The translations under genes were made by a program, and so were the position numbers. Positions 48,395 to 58,954 of a DNA stretch of 64,000 nt are shown one piece after another; the first letter of the stretch is position 1, and every line of letters begins with the position of its first letter. Below the pieces are notes generated by a model, which did no database searches, had not been told where the DNA came from, and worked only from the letters and a program-made list of their open reading frames with translations. Source of the stretch: Nitrosopumilaceae archaeon (GTDB lineage Archaea; Thermoproteota; Nitrososphaeria; Nitrososphaerales; Nitrosopumilaceae); assembly GCA_965209085.1 (NCBI GenBank), contig OZ242376.1:1-64000 (forward strand). The letters are read 5' to 3'.

Positions 48395-49099
48395 TTAGGA
48401 TTTGTGCAGAGCATCAGGGCCCCACAATGCCATTGCCCGTACGGGTGAACCGGTTGCACCACGCAGTTTTATCGGCATGACAACAAGGACAAATTTTGCA
48501 TCCATTATGCTATCAAGATTTACAAGATTTTCCACTATTGGAATTGCTGCCCCGCAGAGTAGACGGTGTGCAGGATACGAGTGCGCATTTCCAACATCAA
48601 TGCTTGGAGAATCTATGCCCACAATGGAGACTTTACGTAGAATCAGATGGGCGGCAGCATCCTTGGAGATGCCAGGATTACGTTCAAAATATCCCTGCCT
48701 GTGTCCTATTTTCGTTGACCAATCGGTTGCAAATATCACAGCTTGTTCCGATGCAAGTGTGCCGTATTTTGATTCAAAGGTTACAATATCGCGTTTTTTA
48801 ATTACGCTGTTTGCCTTTGATTTTACCCGTATCACCGAGGCGTCACAAATTAGTCTGGATGGCGATATTGCATCAATGGACGCACCGTTTTTGCTGAAAT
48901 GAAGTGGAGCATCCATGTGTGTGCCCGTATGTGAGCTCATAAAGACAAGTTCCATATTGTATCCATCTTTTTTCATGTCTGCCCATCGAATAAACTGTGG
49001 GGACGGCGATCCTGGAAATGCATCCATGTTGGATGAAACAGTCATTGTAAGATCCGCAATTCCCACGTATTTACCAAACCGCACGGTAATTTCAACCAT
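48395..49099 (-). CDS. Cyclase/kynurenine formamidase family hydrolase
   Basis: HTGTHMDAPLH, GIDSPS, GSPVRA. Confidence 0.9.
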   Translation of the reverse strand: MVEITVRFGKYVGIADLTMTVSSNMDAFPGSPSPQFIRWADMKKDGYNMELVFMSSHTGTHMDAPLHFSKNGASIDAISPSRLICDASVIRVKSKANSVIKKRDIVTFESKYGTLASEQAVIFATDWSTKIGHRQGYFERNPGISKDAAAHLILRKVSIVGIDSPSIDVGNAHSYPAHRLLCGAAIPIVENLVNLDSIMDAKFVLVVMPIKLRGATGSPVRAMALWGPDALHKS

Positions 49100-49172
49100 T
49101 ACAGAAAAACTTAATTTTACAAATTAGGCCAACTAGCCAATAGTTAAATAATATGCTATACATACACTATAC

Positions 49173-49436
49173 GTGGTAACAGCATTCGTTTTGATCAATT
49201 CTGAGCTTGGATCTGATACGTCAATCATAAATGAAGCAAAACAAATACTCGATCCAGAAAGCACAATAAAATATGAAATACAGGGAGTATACGGAATATA
49301 CGATATTGTCATAAAAATAACCGCTGATGATGGCCAAACGGTACGGAATATAATTACAAATCATATCAGAAAAATTAGCATGGTCCAATCAACCCTGACC
49401 ATGATGGTCATAGAAGAACAAGACGATCTACAGTAA
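49173..49436 (+). CDS. Lrp/AsnC ligand-binding domain protein
   Basis: AFVLIN, GIYDIV, STLT. Confidence 0.85.
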   Translation: MVTAFVLINSELGSDTSIINEAKQILDPESTIKYEIQGVYGIYDIVIKITADDGQTVRNIITNHIRKISMVQSTLTMMVIEEQDDLQ

Positions 49437-50570
49437 TTTTATAGCCTGCAATACATCTTCCATTTGCGATTCCGTGTTAAAAATGTGCGGCGATGCCCGG
49501 ATAATTTTTTTCTCTCCAATTTCCCGTACGGCCAATACCAGTCCTTGTTTGGCAAGTTTCTTAACAGCATCCTCGGGAGCTGTTTTTGTGGTAAATGGCA
49601 CAATGCCGGTTCTCAGATTATCATCTTTAGGTCCGTAGAGCGTGACGCCAGGTACTGGAGATAATCCCTCACGCAACAAATTTGCCAAATGCAATGTTCT
49701 TTTTCTGATATTTCCAAAACCATAATCGGATAAAATTTGGGCAGAGCAGTTAAAACCTGCCGCTCCTGCATAATTACGAAATCCTGCCTGAAATTTTTCA
49801 GGCATTTCTTTGAATGCAATCTTTGTGACGCCTTTTTCATTGTAGAGAGTAGCTGATTCCCCTCCTATTTCCAAAGGTTCAAGTGTTTCAGATGCCCTGC
49901 GGCTGCAATAAAATATTCCAATTCCCATCGGACCGCAAAGCCACTTTGATCCGGTAAAGGACATAAAACTGCAACCAATCTTTTTGACGTCTACGTTCTC
50001 TAGGCATCCGACGCTTTGTGCAGCATCCACAAAGAACGGTATGTTTTCGGCGTTTAGGATCTCACCTACTTCTTCAACTGCAAGTATTGCCCCCGTATTG
50101 TACAGTGCATGGCTAAACGATACTAGTTCGATCTTTTTTGTTCGGATAATCTCCAATAGATCACCGATATCAAAGAATCCATTCTCGTCAATCTTTAGAC
50201 TCTGCTGTGTGCCGTTTGCACGGTGCAGCCACGGATAAAAATTGGAGTGGTGTTCGTGTTCCATTCCCCGTATCAATACATGGGCACCGTCTCTGTGCGG
50301 CAAGCCTCCGGCCACGGCATTTATTCCATCCGTGGTACTTTGAGTTATTACTATCTCGTCTGGCTGGCATCCGATTATGCCGGAAATTATCTTTCGGGTT
50401 TCTTGCAATGTTTCAGTTACAAACGGTTCGGATTCTGCAGAATCAGGTCCCATTTGGCTATATTTGGTTAAAAATTCACCCACCGCTTTTATGCTTTCAG
50501 TGGGCATGGGTGCAACAGAAGCGTTGTTCAGATATGTGTTGGTGCCGCATGCAAATTCAGGTGTTTTCAT
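49428..50570 (-). CDS. Class V PLP enzyme (cysteine desulfurase-like)
   Basis: YLNNAS, EHHSN, VDAAQS, SKWLCGP. Confidence 0.88.
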   Translation of the reverse strand: MKTPEFACGTNTYLNNASVAPMPTESIKAVGEFLTKYSQMGPDSAESEPFVTETLQETRKIISGIIGCQPDEIVITQSTTDGINAVAGGLPHRDGAHVLIRGMEHEHHSNFYPWLHRANGTQQSLKIDENGFFDIGDLLEIIRTKKIELVSFSHALYNTGAILAVEEVGEILNAENIPFFVDAAQSVGCLENVDVKKIGCSFMSFTGSKWLCGPMGIGIFYCSRRASETLEPLEIGGESATLYNEKGVTKIAFKEMPEKFQAGFRNYAGAAGFNCSAQILSDYGFGNIRKRTLHLANLLREGLSPVPGVTLYGPKDDNLRTGIVPFTTKTAPEDAVKKLAKQGLVLAVREIGEKKIIRASPHIFNTESQMEDVLQAIKLL

Positions 50571-50571
50571 A

Positions 50572-51123
50572 TCACTGCTTCCAGCTGTCTATAACATTAT
50601 GCGCGGTTTTTACAAGTTCATCTATGGTAAGGTTGTTGTTAGAGATGGATTCATCAGCTAGTGCTATTGAACGGCTTATTCCTATGTTGATTTCTTTTGC
50701 ATCACGTTCGGTAAACTTTGACTTGTCCTGAGGATCGTCGGATCTGCCCCTGTTTGTTATGTAACCAAAACGTATATCTTTTGATGCGTGTACTGAAAGA
50801 ATTTTTGTGGTACAGATTGTCTCAAAGAATGTAATTTCATCATCAGAGCGTACTCCATCCACTATGACCGTATTTGATGCGGCGTTTCTAATTTTTGATT
50901 CCACAAGATGAGCAACTGCGGCAGGACCATCATCAGCCCGCAGTGTGGCCATCAAAGATGCAAGATTTTCCCTGTTGTGTTCAAGATTTCTTTTGTCAGC
51001 CTCGTTTCTTACTGCATTCCCCATGACTACCACGTCAAAACCCTGGAATTTGAGTCCGTTGGCAATGGTTGATTTTCCAGCACCTGGCATTCCAGTCAGA
51101 CATACTATTAGATTAGGAGTCAT
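50572..51123 (-). CDS. Dephospho-CoA kinase-like nucleotide kinase
   Basis: GMPGAGKS, VDGVRS, RGRSDD. Confidence 0.85.
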   Translation of the reverse strand: MTPNLIVCLTGMPGAGKSTIANGLKFQGFDVVVMGNAVRNEADKRNLEHNRENLASLMATLRADDGPAAVAHLVESKIRNAASNTVIVDGVRSDDEITFFETICTTKILSVHASKDIRFGYITNRGRSDDPQDKSKFTERDAKEINIGISRSIALADESISNNNLTIDELVKTAHNVIDSWKQ

Positions 51124-51207
51124 CACAAGTCTTGTAATTACGCAATCTATGAAGCTACCGATATGCTTTGGCAACCCGTTATATTGCAGACACGAGTGTG
51201 CACTGCA

Positions 51208-51744
51208 ATGCGTATCTTTGTTTCCGTGGATATAACCGACGGTGCGGTAAGTGGCACCATAGCAAATATGCAAAAAGATTCCGGTCTAGCAGGTGCCGTA
51301 CGAGTGGAAAATATGCATTATACGCTGATGTTTTTGGGTCAGCTGGACGAGTCAAAGGTGAACGATGTTGCAGAGGCTCTTGGGAACGTGAAATTTAATG
51401 CATTTGACATACAATGCAGGGGATTGGGGATGTTTGCCTCAAAGAATGGCATGGTAATTTGGGTAGGTGCTGACAGACACGGAGGACTAATGCTTGAAGA
51501 GCTTGCCGCAAAGGTAACTAGTGCTCTAGTTCCTTTGGGTTTTATAAAAAAAGGGAAATTTCAGCCGCATTTGACGGTTTTTAGGGTTAAAAACAAAGCC
51601 GGTGATACTGCGAGCGTATTGAAACGGTTTGAAGATACCGAATTTGGAATACAAAAGGTGGATGCGATAAAGCTGAAGAGCAGTGTGCTTTCCAGTTCAG
51701 GTCCCACATACGGAGATTTGGCAGTGGTGGATGCAAAAAAATGA
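51208..51744 (+). CDS. thpR: RNA 2',3'-cyclic phosphodiesterase
   Basis: Two HxT motifs (HYTL, HLTV). Confidence 0.9.
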   Translation: MRIFVSVDITDGAVSGTIANMQKDSGLAGAVRVENMHYTLMFLGQLDESKVNDVAEALGNVKFNAFDIQCRGLGMFASKNGMVIWVGADRHGGLMLEELAAKVTSALVPLGFIKKGKFQPHLTVFRVKNKAGDTASVLKRFEDTEFGIQKVDAIKLKSSVLSSSGPTYGDLAVVDAKK

Positions 51745-53081
51745 AACATGTACTCTTAGAAATCCGCAAGCTTGTCACGCCCTCAAAATCTGCAGAAAAA
51801 CACAAAACCGACATTGCCAATAAAATTCTAAAACGCGTTTTAGAAGAGATTGACGGGTATGTGGAGATCAAGGATGTGGAGTTTGGCGGTTCGTATCCCA
51901 AAGGCACATGGTTACCTCAAAGCGCAGACATTGACATATTTGTAAAATTTGATCCAAAAGTTTCCGAGAAAAAATTTTCCAATATCACAATAGATGTCGG
52001 TAAAAAAGCACTTGCCGGATACAAACCATATCTGCGTTATTCGGATCATCCGTACGTGGAAGCGGTGGTCAAAGACACCAAAGTCAACGTGGTTCCATGT
52101 TATGCAGTCAAGCTAGGAGCATGGCAGAGCGCAGCCGACAGATCGCCGTTTCATACGGAATTTATGAAAAAAAATCTTACCGCATCTATGAAGTCGGATG
52201 TTAGAATTTTAAAACAGTTTTTGAGCTGTGCTAGAATATACGGTGCTGAGATATCCACACAGGGATTGAGCGGGTATGTGGCAGAGGTGCTAGTATACAA
52301 TTATAGAAATTTTGAAAAAGTGATCAGGGAAATGACGTGCGTTAAACGCGGTCATACAGTTGGCAACGCCACTAAAAAATTTGATACTCCAATAATTATC
52401 ATGGATCCGGTCGACTCAAAACGGAATTTAGCAGCTGCCGTTTCAGTTGAAAATATGGGCAAATTTGTTCTTCTTTGCAGGACGTTTTTGGAAAAACCGT
52501 CCACGTCGTTCTTTAAGCTAAGAAATACTCCAGTAAAAGCAGAAGGGCTGAAAAACTGCATAATGATAAAATTCAGATGCGGAGATAGGCCATCAGATAC
52601 CGTATGGGGTCAGCTAAAACGGGCGGCATCGGCTTTGGCATTACAGATGGAGGGAAACGGATTTGTGGTTGTACGATGCGGTGCATCCTCAGATTATGAT
52701 AAAAAACACGGGGCACTGCTGTATTTTATTTTAGAATCCACATCCATATCAGAAATGCGTACAAGAAAGGGACCAACATTTTTCAGCAAAAATGATGTTG
52801 CCGCATTTGTCGCAAAAAATATGAAAAAGTCACTTTCAATGTGGGTTGATTTGGAGGGAGATGTACGTATTTTGGAGAAAAGGGATACTAGTAACGCTGT
52901 GGAATTTCTAAGAAAGATTTTAAAATCAGATCTTGTAAAATCCGGCGTGCCAAAAGGTTTGCATAATGAGATAAGAGACGGATTTACTATTGCCGCAGGT
53001 TCAAAGTTGTTCAATGGTTTGGCAGGAAATGCGTTACGGGAGATTGTATCTGTAGATGAGAAGATATTTTCTGCCGATTAA
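51741..53081 (+). CDS. cca: Archaeal CCA-adding enzyme
   Basis: GSYPKGTWL, DIDIF, ADRSPFH, DPVD..RNLAAA. Confidence 0.94.
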   Translation: MKHVLLEIRKLVTPSKSAEKHKTDIANKILKRVLEEIDGYVEIKDVEFGGSYPKGTWLPQSADIDIFVKFDPKVSEKKFSNITIDVGKKALAGYKPYLRYSDHPYVEAVVKDTKVNVVPCYAVKLGAWQSAADRSPFHTEFMKKNLTASMKSDVRILKQFLSCARIYGAEISTQGLSGYVAEVLVYNYRNFEKVIREMTCVKRGHTVGNATKKFDTPIIIMDPVDSKRNLAAAVSVENMGKFVLLCRTFLEKPSTSFFKLRNTPVKAEGLKNCIMIKFRCGDRPSDTVWGQLKRAASALALQMEGNGFVVVRCGASSDYDKKHGALLYFILESTSISEMRTRKGPTFFSKNDVAAFVAKNMKKSLSMWVDLEGDVRILEKRDTSNAVEFLRKILKSDLVKSGVPKGLHNEIRDGFTIAAGSKLFNGLAGNALREIVSVDEKIFSAD

Positions 53082-53802
53082 CAGTCTCTCATCCAATCCG
53101 TATAATGCGGTGTTGGCATATCCACGTCCTACGGCGCGCCGTATCAAATCAAGAATAACCGAATTGGAAAAGATTGGGGTTGTTTCGGTGGCGTTTTGGG
53201 GGCCTGTACGTCTTGGCATGTTGGATGTTTTAGGTAAAGGGTATTCTGGAGTGGCCGTTCTTGCAAGATATGAGAAAAAAACCGCGGTTCTCAAGATTAG
53301 ACGTACCGACTCTAAGCGATCCACCCTGATTTCTGAGGCAAAAATGCTGAATGCGGCAAACGCTCTAGGTGTGGGTCCAAAGATTATGGTATACAGCAGA
53401 AATTTTGTCGTGATGGAGTATTTGCAGGGGCAGACCATAGGGAAATGGGCCAAGGACGGTGCGCTAGATAAAAGAAATGAGACACTTTGCACGGTACTAG
53501 AGGACTGTTACAAATTGGATGCCGGAGGGTTGGATCACGGCGAGCTGAGCAGAATCTCAAAGCATGCAATAATAGGAAAACATACGACACTGATAGATTT
53601 TGAGGGAGCTAGTAAAAAAAGAAGGGTTTCAAACGTGACTTCTGCCTCGCAAAGTCTATTCATTGGATCTTATACTGCAAAAATGCTTGGCAAAGTACGC
53701 AAAGTGCCAAGAAAATCAGCGCTTATTTCAGCTTTAAGATGCTACAAAGAAAACCCCGGAAGAGACACTTTTGAAGAACTACTTTGCGTGATGAGACTGT
53801 AA
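53056..53802 (+). CDS. RIO/Bud32-like Ser/Thr kinase
   Basis: GKGYSG, LKIRR, DHGEL, IDFE. Confidence 0.85.
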   Translation: MRRYFLPINSLSSNPYNAVLAYPRPTARRIKSRITELEKIGVVSVAFWGPVRLGMLDVLGKGYSGVAVLARYEKKTAVLKIRRTDSKRSTLISEAKMLNAANALGVGPKIMVYSRNFVVMEYLQGQTIGKWAKDGALDKRNETLCTVLEDCYKLDAGGLDHGELSRISKHAIIGKHTTLIDFEGASKKRRVSNVTSASQSLFIGSYTAKMLGKVRKVPRKSALISALRCYKENPGRDTFEELLCVMRL

Positions 53803-53803
53803 T

Positions 53804-54393
53804 ATGGCAAAAGCGGAAGCGCATCTGCGTAAAGATAAAAAAATGACCAAAATTGTAAATTCTCTAGGACCGCACGCGATAAAAACAAGACGTGGAAAGT
53901 TTGAATCTTTGGTAAAGGCCATTATCACGCAGCAAATATCCGGCAGTGCTGCAAGATCAATAACGCGTCGGTTTTGTGAAGCGTACCGTCCTGCCAGATT
54001 CCAAAACCGGCAAATGTTGCAGCATCCTCTTACAAAAAATTAAAAACCTGCGGTCTCTCCGACATGAAGATACGGTACATCAAAAATCTTTCAAAAAACA
54101 TAGCCTCCAACCAGCTTCGTCTTGCCAGTCTCTCAAAGCTGCCGGATGAAAAAGTCATAGAAGTGCTCTGCGCACAGGATGGCATAGGACGGTGGACTGC
54201 TGAGATGTTTCTCATGTTTACGCTTGGAAGAGAAGATATTATGCCGGCAGGTGACCTTGGAGTCAGAAAAGGGGTAAAAATTCTGTATTCGCTCTCCGAG
54301 ATGCCCAGTGAAAAACGCGTACTAGAGATTGCCGAAAAATGGAGGCCGTATCGTACCGCCGCCACGTGGTATCTTTGGGAATGCCAGAGATAA
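53804..54393 (+). pseudogene. alkA: 3-methyladenine DNA glycosylase II (AlkA-like), single frameshift
   Basis: IITQQIS in the first frame; GIGRWTAEM, DLGVR and WRPYR in the second; break near 54000. Confidence 0.85.
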
Positions 54394-54397
54394 AAGA

Positions 54398-54475
54398 TGG
54401 TGGGACCGGCAGGATTTGAACCTGCGACCTCTAGCACCCCAGGCTAGCATCATAGCCAATCTAGACGACGGCCCC
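54398..54475 (-). tRNA. tRNA-Pro(GGG), CCA encoded
   Basis: CTAGC-CT GGG GT-GCTAG; GGTTCAAATCC; ends ACCA. Confidence 0.95.
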
Positions 54476-54529
54476 TTGCATAAACGCCCATAATGAAATT
54501 ATTAAATTGTGGTATTAACATCAGAATGC

Positions 54530-54730
54530 ATGAACTGTTCTCTATGTGGTAAAATATCAGGAACAGGCAAAGATCATGTGGACTGTGTTGAAAAGAGGAG
54601 GATAGAGATGGAGGATCAAAATTTTAAACTTGGCATTCCTGAAAGATTGGATCTTGCAAAAAATTCCGATGATATGGCAACAGAAATTAAAGCCATTTTG
54701 CACCATATGAAAAAAGATGACGCCTCTTAG
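54530..54730 (+). CDS. Small zinc-binding protein
   Basis: CSLC..H..C. Confidence 0.6.
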   Translation: MNCSLCGKISGTGKDHVDCVEKRRIEMEDQNFKLGIPERLDLAKNSDDMATEIKAILHHMKKDDAS

Positions 54731-55269
54731 ATTTCTTTAATTATGTCGTATTCGATGTGTCCGGCAATATACAGGATTGCGATCATTATGCAGATTTCAA
54801 CGGCAGTATACAGTGCATCTTTTTTTAAATTGGATTTTTTAACTAGTGTTTTTACCAACAGGGCGCTGCGTGAAATTGCAATAGAATATGCGACCAGCTC
54901 CAAAATACCAAACGAGGTGAAAAATATTTCAAACGATGTAAATGGAAGATCAGGATTCAGCTGCAAAATTGATGCAAAGGCATAACCGGTGGCGGATGCA
55001 GATATCATTCCCCAAACGGCGCCAAAGCCTGGTATGAACATCAATAATGCCAAAAATACATTGTGTGCAAATATTCCGTCCCCGTCTAGTCCGTCCACCA
55101 TCTGACCAAACTCTTTGACTAGTTTGTTGGCATTTTCAGTATCCACTTGAAATTCGGATATGATAATAAACAAGCCCAAAAAAGCTGCCATTGCGGAAAA
55201 AAAGAATACTGTACGTATCAGCAATGCAGTACAGTTTACAGATCTATTGCACAAGTCCAAGTAGATCAC
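54727..55269 (-). CDS. SpoIIM-like membrane protein
   Basis: IFAHN, MFIPGFG, GILEL, AGHIE. Confidence 0.75.
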   Translation of the reverse strand: MIYLDLCNRSVNCTALLIRTVFFFSAMAAFLGLFIIISEFQVDTENANKLVKEFGQMVDGLDGDGIFAHNVFLALLMFIPGFGAVWGMISASATGYAFASILQLNPDLPFTSFEIFFTSFGILELVAYSIAISRSALLVKTLVKKSNLKKDALYTAVEICIMIAILYIAGHIEYDIIKEI

Positions 55270-56566
55270 GGTACAGTTTGACGGCTCCGTCTTTGTCCTT
55301 TGCGCCCACTATTACGGCCGAACCGCGGTTCATAAAGCTGACAGATACCTCATCGGTACGCAATGAGAGTCCCATGTTTCCCTGATTTTCCACCTGAAAT
55401 CCTTTCGAAACCGCAGTCTGGCTTACTTTTGAAACATCAAGTGCAAACATCTCTGGAGGCGTAAGTGAAAACGTGCGTTTTCCGCGGTTGCGTCCGCACA
55501 TCTCCTCTATCATCATCTCTGTTGTTGGCGATACGTTCTCTTTGCCGCTGCCGCATACGGGACATTCTTCCTGACAGAACGTACGTGTAAATGAAAAATC
55601 TAGATTTTCCAAATCCACGTGCAATATGCGATTAGAGAGGCTAGGTTTTTGGCCCAAAATAATTTTGACCGCTTCAGTTACCTGGATTGCTCCGATGATG
55701 GAGAGTATCGGCGGGTGCACACCCTCTATTGAGCATGTGGGCATTGAATCCTCATCTAGTGCCGGAAACATGCAATGATAACATGCTGATTCATCGGGCA
55801 TTACGGTAAATACCTGTCCGGATATTCCAACAGCTGCGCCTGTAACAAACGGTATCTTTTGTTTGGAACATGCCCTATTCAGCGAATATCTGGCGTTGAC
55901 GCTGTCTAGTGCGTCAATTACCACGTCGCAGTCCTTGATTACTTCAAGCGCGGTATGATCATTTATCGATATCGGGAAAGCTTCAATGTTGCACTCAGAA
56001 TTCATTTTTTTCAGTTTGTTGGCCACAGCTTCAACTTTTACCTTGCCCACATCTGATTCTTCAAAGAGTGTCTGTCTGTGCAGGTTGGAGAGCTCGATTA
56101 CATCGCGGTCGATTATGCGTAACGTTCCAATGCCCATTGCGGTAAGACGCGAGATTATCGGATGTCCAAGACCTCCGGTTCCTATGACGCACACACGGGC
56201 ATTGCGCAGTTTTATCTGACCATTGTATCCTATCTCTTCTAGCATTATCTGCCTTGAATATCTGTCCATTTCTTTTGCCGACATTCCCTCGCCTCCCGCT
56301 ACTGCGGGAAGTACGTATACGTCATCGCCGTCGGTCAGTATGGATTTTAATCCGTCTCCAAACTTTGAATTTTTTCCATTTATGTACACGTTGATCAGAG
56401 AGCGAGGAGTTTTCGGAGATTCCATAACCCGGCGTTCAAAGTCCTCTCCCATGATTTTGCAGATTTGGGCGAACGCGTCAGTTAAATCCAATACTTCCAA
56501 TTCGAGTTTTTTTTCACCCCCTCCGGAATTTAGCACGGACGGAATTGTAAATGTGATCTTTGTCAT
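55244..56566 (-). CDS. ThiS/MoaD ubiquitin-like domain fused to a MoeB/ThiF adenylyltransferase
   Basis: LPAVAGG then RYSRQ, GTGGLG, SNLHRQ, CYHC, CPVC. Confidence 0.92.
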   Translation of the reverse strand: MTKITFTIPSVLNSGGGEKKLELEVLDLTDAFAQICKIMGEDFERRVMESPKTPRSLINVYINGKNSKFGDGLKSILTDGDDVYVLPAVAGGEGMSAKEMDRYSRQIMLEEIGYNGQIKLRNARVCVIGTGGLGHPIISRLTAMGIGTLRIIDRDVIELSNLHRQTLFEESDVGKVKVEAVANKLKKMNSECNIEAFPISINDHTALEVIKDCDVVIDALDSVNARYSLNRACSKQKIPFVTGAAVGISGQVFTVMPDESACYHCMFPALDEDSMPTCSIEGVHPPILSIIGAIQVTEAVKIILGQKPSLSNRILHVDLENLDFSFTRTFCQEECPVCGSGKENVSPTTEMMIEEMCGRNRGKRTFSLTPPEMFALDVSKVSQTAVSKGFQVENQGNMGLSLRTDEVSVSFMNRGSAVIVGAKDKDGAVKLYRDLLGLVQ

Positions 56567-57781
56567 TTATTTTATCACTGCCAGTATTTTTTCATCGTCT
56601 GCGTTTATAGTCTGTGGTACGGGTAAAATATCCATTAGCGGTTCTGTAGATTTAAGACCATTGCCTGTAACATAGCATACTACAGTTTCCGTGCGGTCTA
56701 TGAGGTTTTCTTCGGCCATTTTTTGAAGTACTGAAACGGAAACGCCTCCTGCAGGTTCTGTAAATATTCCTTCGGTTTTTGCAAGAGTCAGTATGGCATC
56801 TAGGATCTCAGTGTCGGTGGTTTCAGCTGCATGGCCGTTGTACTGTTGAATTCGCTGCAGGACGTACTTGCCGTCGCCCGGATCTCCTATGGCCAGACTT
56901 TTTGCAACAGTATTTGGTTTTTCAACAGGCTTTACCTCGGTCTTGTTTTTGTATGCGTCAACTATGGGCGCGCATCCGTGCGGCTGTGCTGCAGTAACGT
57001 GCATATTTTCAACCTTTTTCAAAAGAGAGGCAGATTCCAGCTCTTCAAATCCTTTGCATATGGCGTTAAGCATTGCGCCGCTGCCTACCGGCACTATCAG
57101 ATGATCCGGAACTTTCCATCCAAGCTGTTCAGCTGCCTCATATGCAAGTGTCTTTGATCCTTCCACATAGTAGGATCGCATGTTGATGTTTACTATGCCG
57201 ATTCCGTGGCGGTCTCCGGCTGTTGCCGCCATGCGGTTTGCATCATCATATGTGCCGTTTATCGCATGATATTCTGCGCCATACGAGAGAGCCTGTGTAA
57301 TCTTTACGCGCTCAATGTCTGCTGGTGCAAATATGTGACATGGCAATCCGGCTTTGGCTGCGTGTGCGGCAGTAGCAGATGCCAAGTTACCAGTTGATGC
57401 GCATCCCACCGATGAGAGTCCAAACTCCACTGCTTTGGAGACTGCCACCCCGGCAGGCCGGTCTTTGAATGAAAATGTGGGATTTACCGAATCATTTTTG
57501 ATGTACAGATTATCAAGTCCCAGTTTGGCTCCAAGTTTTTTGGCGTGTACAAGAGGAGTCATACCCGCACTAATACTTACAATGTTTGATTTCTCAAGTA
57601 TGGGTAAAAGTTCGTGGTATCTCCAGTAAGTCTGTTCCCTGCCGGCAAAATGATCCCGATCTATACGGATTTGCGAATACTTTACGTCAAGTGGACCAAA
57701 GCATTCATCGCATACGTAACGAAATTCCGGCTTATACTCTTTTTTACATTCCCTGCATTGCAATGTTATACTCTTTGCCAA
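56567..57781 (-). CDS. thrC: Threonine synthase family PLP enzyme
   Basis: NPTFSFKDR, ASTGN, EGSKT, TGNGLK. Confidence 0.88.
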   Translation of the reverse strand: MAKSITLQCRECKKEYKPEFRYVCDECFGPLDVKYSQIRIDRDHFAGREQTYWRYHELLPILEKSNIVSISAGMTPLVHAKKLGAKLGLDNLYIKNDSVNPTFSFKDRPAGVAVSKAVEFGLSSVGCASTGNLASATAAHAAKAGLPCHIFAPADIERVKITQALSYGAEYHAINGTYDDANRMAATAGDRHGIGIVNINMRSYYVEGSKTLAYEAAEQLGWKVPDHLIVPVGSGAMLNAICKGFEELESASLLKKVENMHVTAAQPHGCAPIVDAYKNKTEVKPVEKPNTVAKSLAIGDPGDGKYVLQRIQQYNGHAAETTDTEILDAILTLAKTEGIFTEPAGGVSVSVLQKMAEENLIDRTETVVCYVTGNGLKSTEPLMDILPVPQTINADDEKILAVIK

Positions 57782-57827
57782 CTGTTCAAATCTCTAAAAT
57801 CCACATATCAAAGATCCTAATATCAAG

Positions 57828-57842
57828 TTAAGTAATACTTAA
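57828..57842. promoter_or_regulatory. Palindrome TTAAGTA-A-TACTTAA upstream of thrC
   Basis: Perfect 7-1-7 inverted repeat in a divergent intergenic region. Confidence 0.4.
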
Positions 57843-57898
57843 TTTATTCATGTATGATATTTAGTGTTATATTATAACGATATGGATATAACCAAAAT

Positions 57899-58342
57899 AT
57901 GCGTAAAATCGCTATACGCATGAATGGAAAAATTGTGGCACTAGTGGTGATAGGGACTGTTGTGGCACTAGGCATAGCAGCAGCAGCTGTACTCTCGATA
58001 CCTCAGGGACCAGTTACGTTTGATAGTGACAAATATCTTCTAGGCGAGAATATTTTCATCAAAGTACGCGGTATACAGGCAAATGAAAAAGGGAATATTA
58101 TGATTTTCACCCCCATGGATGTGGTATACATGACAAAACAGTACGACGGATCCTTGGTATCGGATTTCAACTTTTACTTTACACCTGATACTGTCAAACA
58201 CAGAAAAATCTGCACTCCTGAAGAGCTTGTGGGAAAATGGAAGGTGGTAATAGGGGATAGCAAAACGTATCCACCGGCGTATTTTGAGGTAACAGATAAA
58301 ATCCTAAAAGGGTTTGAAAAACATCTAAATGTTGTCTGTTAG
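57899..58342 (+). CDS. Membrane-anchored hypothetical protein
   Basis: N-terminal TM then beta-rich domain. Confidence 0.7.
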   Translation: MRKIAIRMNGKIVALVVIGTVVALGIAAAAVLSIPQGPVTFDSDKYLLGENIFIKVRGIQANEKGNIMIFTPMDVVYMTKQYDGSLVSDFNFYFTPDTVKHRKICTPEELVGKWKVVIGDSKTYPPAYFEVTDKILKGFEKHLNVVC

Positions 58343-58347
58343 TAAAA

Positions 58348-58923
58348 TCATTGGTGTTTCTTGACATATCTGTCCACAAAATATTTCTCCTCAAATATGT
58401 ACAAAAATTTTCCATGCTCGGAGATCTTTGTTTTTTGATCCTCTCCGCCCCTGTATACTATTGATAGGAGACATTTTGAATCATATCCTTCGGATTTTAC
58501 CGCATTCAAAGCTTCCACTGCAGAACCGCCGCTGGTTATTACATCATCCACAATGGCAACAGGACTCTGCGGTCTGCCCTCTATGCGTTTTTTTGCGCCG
58601 TGTGATTTTGCCTGTTTGCGCACGTAAAATGACGTCAGAGGTAAGGAGGGATTTTCCGCATAGCTGTACTGTGAAATTGCCGCGGCAAGTGATATTGAGC
58701 CGGATTCAAGACCGCCGACTGATTTTATTCCGCCGATCTTGGAGATCATTTTGTACATAAGATGTGCTATTGCAGTTATGCCTTCTGCATCTCCGCTTAC
58801 CTGGCGCAGATCAAAGTAAAAATTTGATTTGGCCCCAGAAGCAAGCGTAAAAGGCTCGTTTGAATACGAGATTGCGTGCTTTTCAATTAGGTTTGCAAGT
58901 CTGGATCGTTCCCCTTCCATCAA
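58348..58923 (-). CDS. pyrE: Orotate phosphoribosyltransferase
   Basis: FTLASG, RKQAKSHG, VDDVITSGGS. Confidence 0.92.
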   Translation of the reverse strand: MMEGERSRLANLIEKHAISYSNEPFTLASGAKSNFYFDLRQVSGDAEGITAIAHLMYKMISKIGGIKSVGGLESGSISLAAAISQYSYAENPSLPLTSFYVRKQAKSHGAKKRIEGRPQSPVAIVDDVITSGGSAVEALNAVKSEGYDSKCLLSIVYRGGEDQKTKISEHGKFLYIFEEKYFVDRYVKKHQ

Positions 58924-58954
58924 GGAATTTACAGTCGAGGTCTTGTATTATCCT

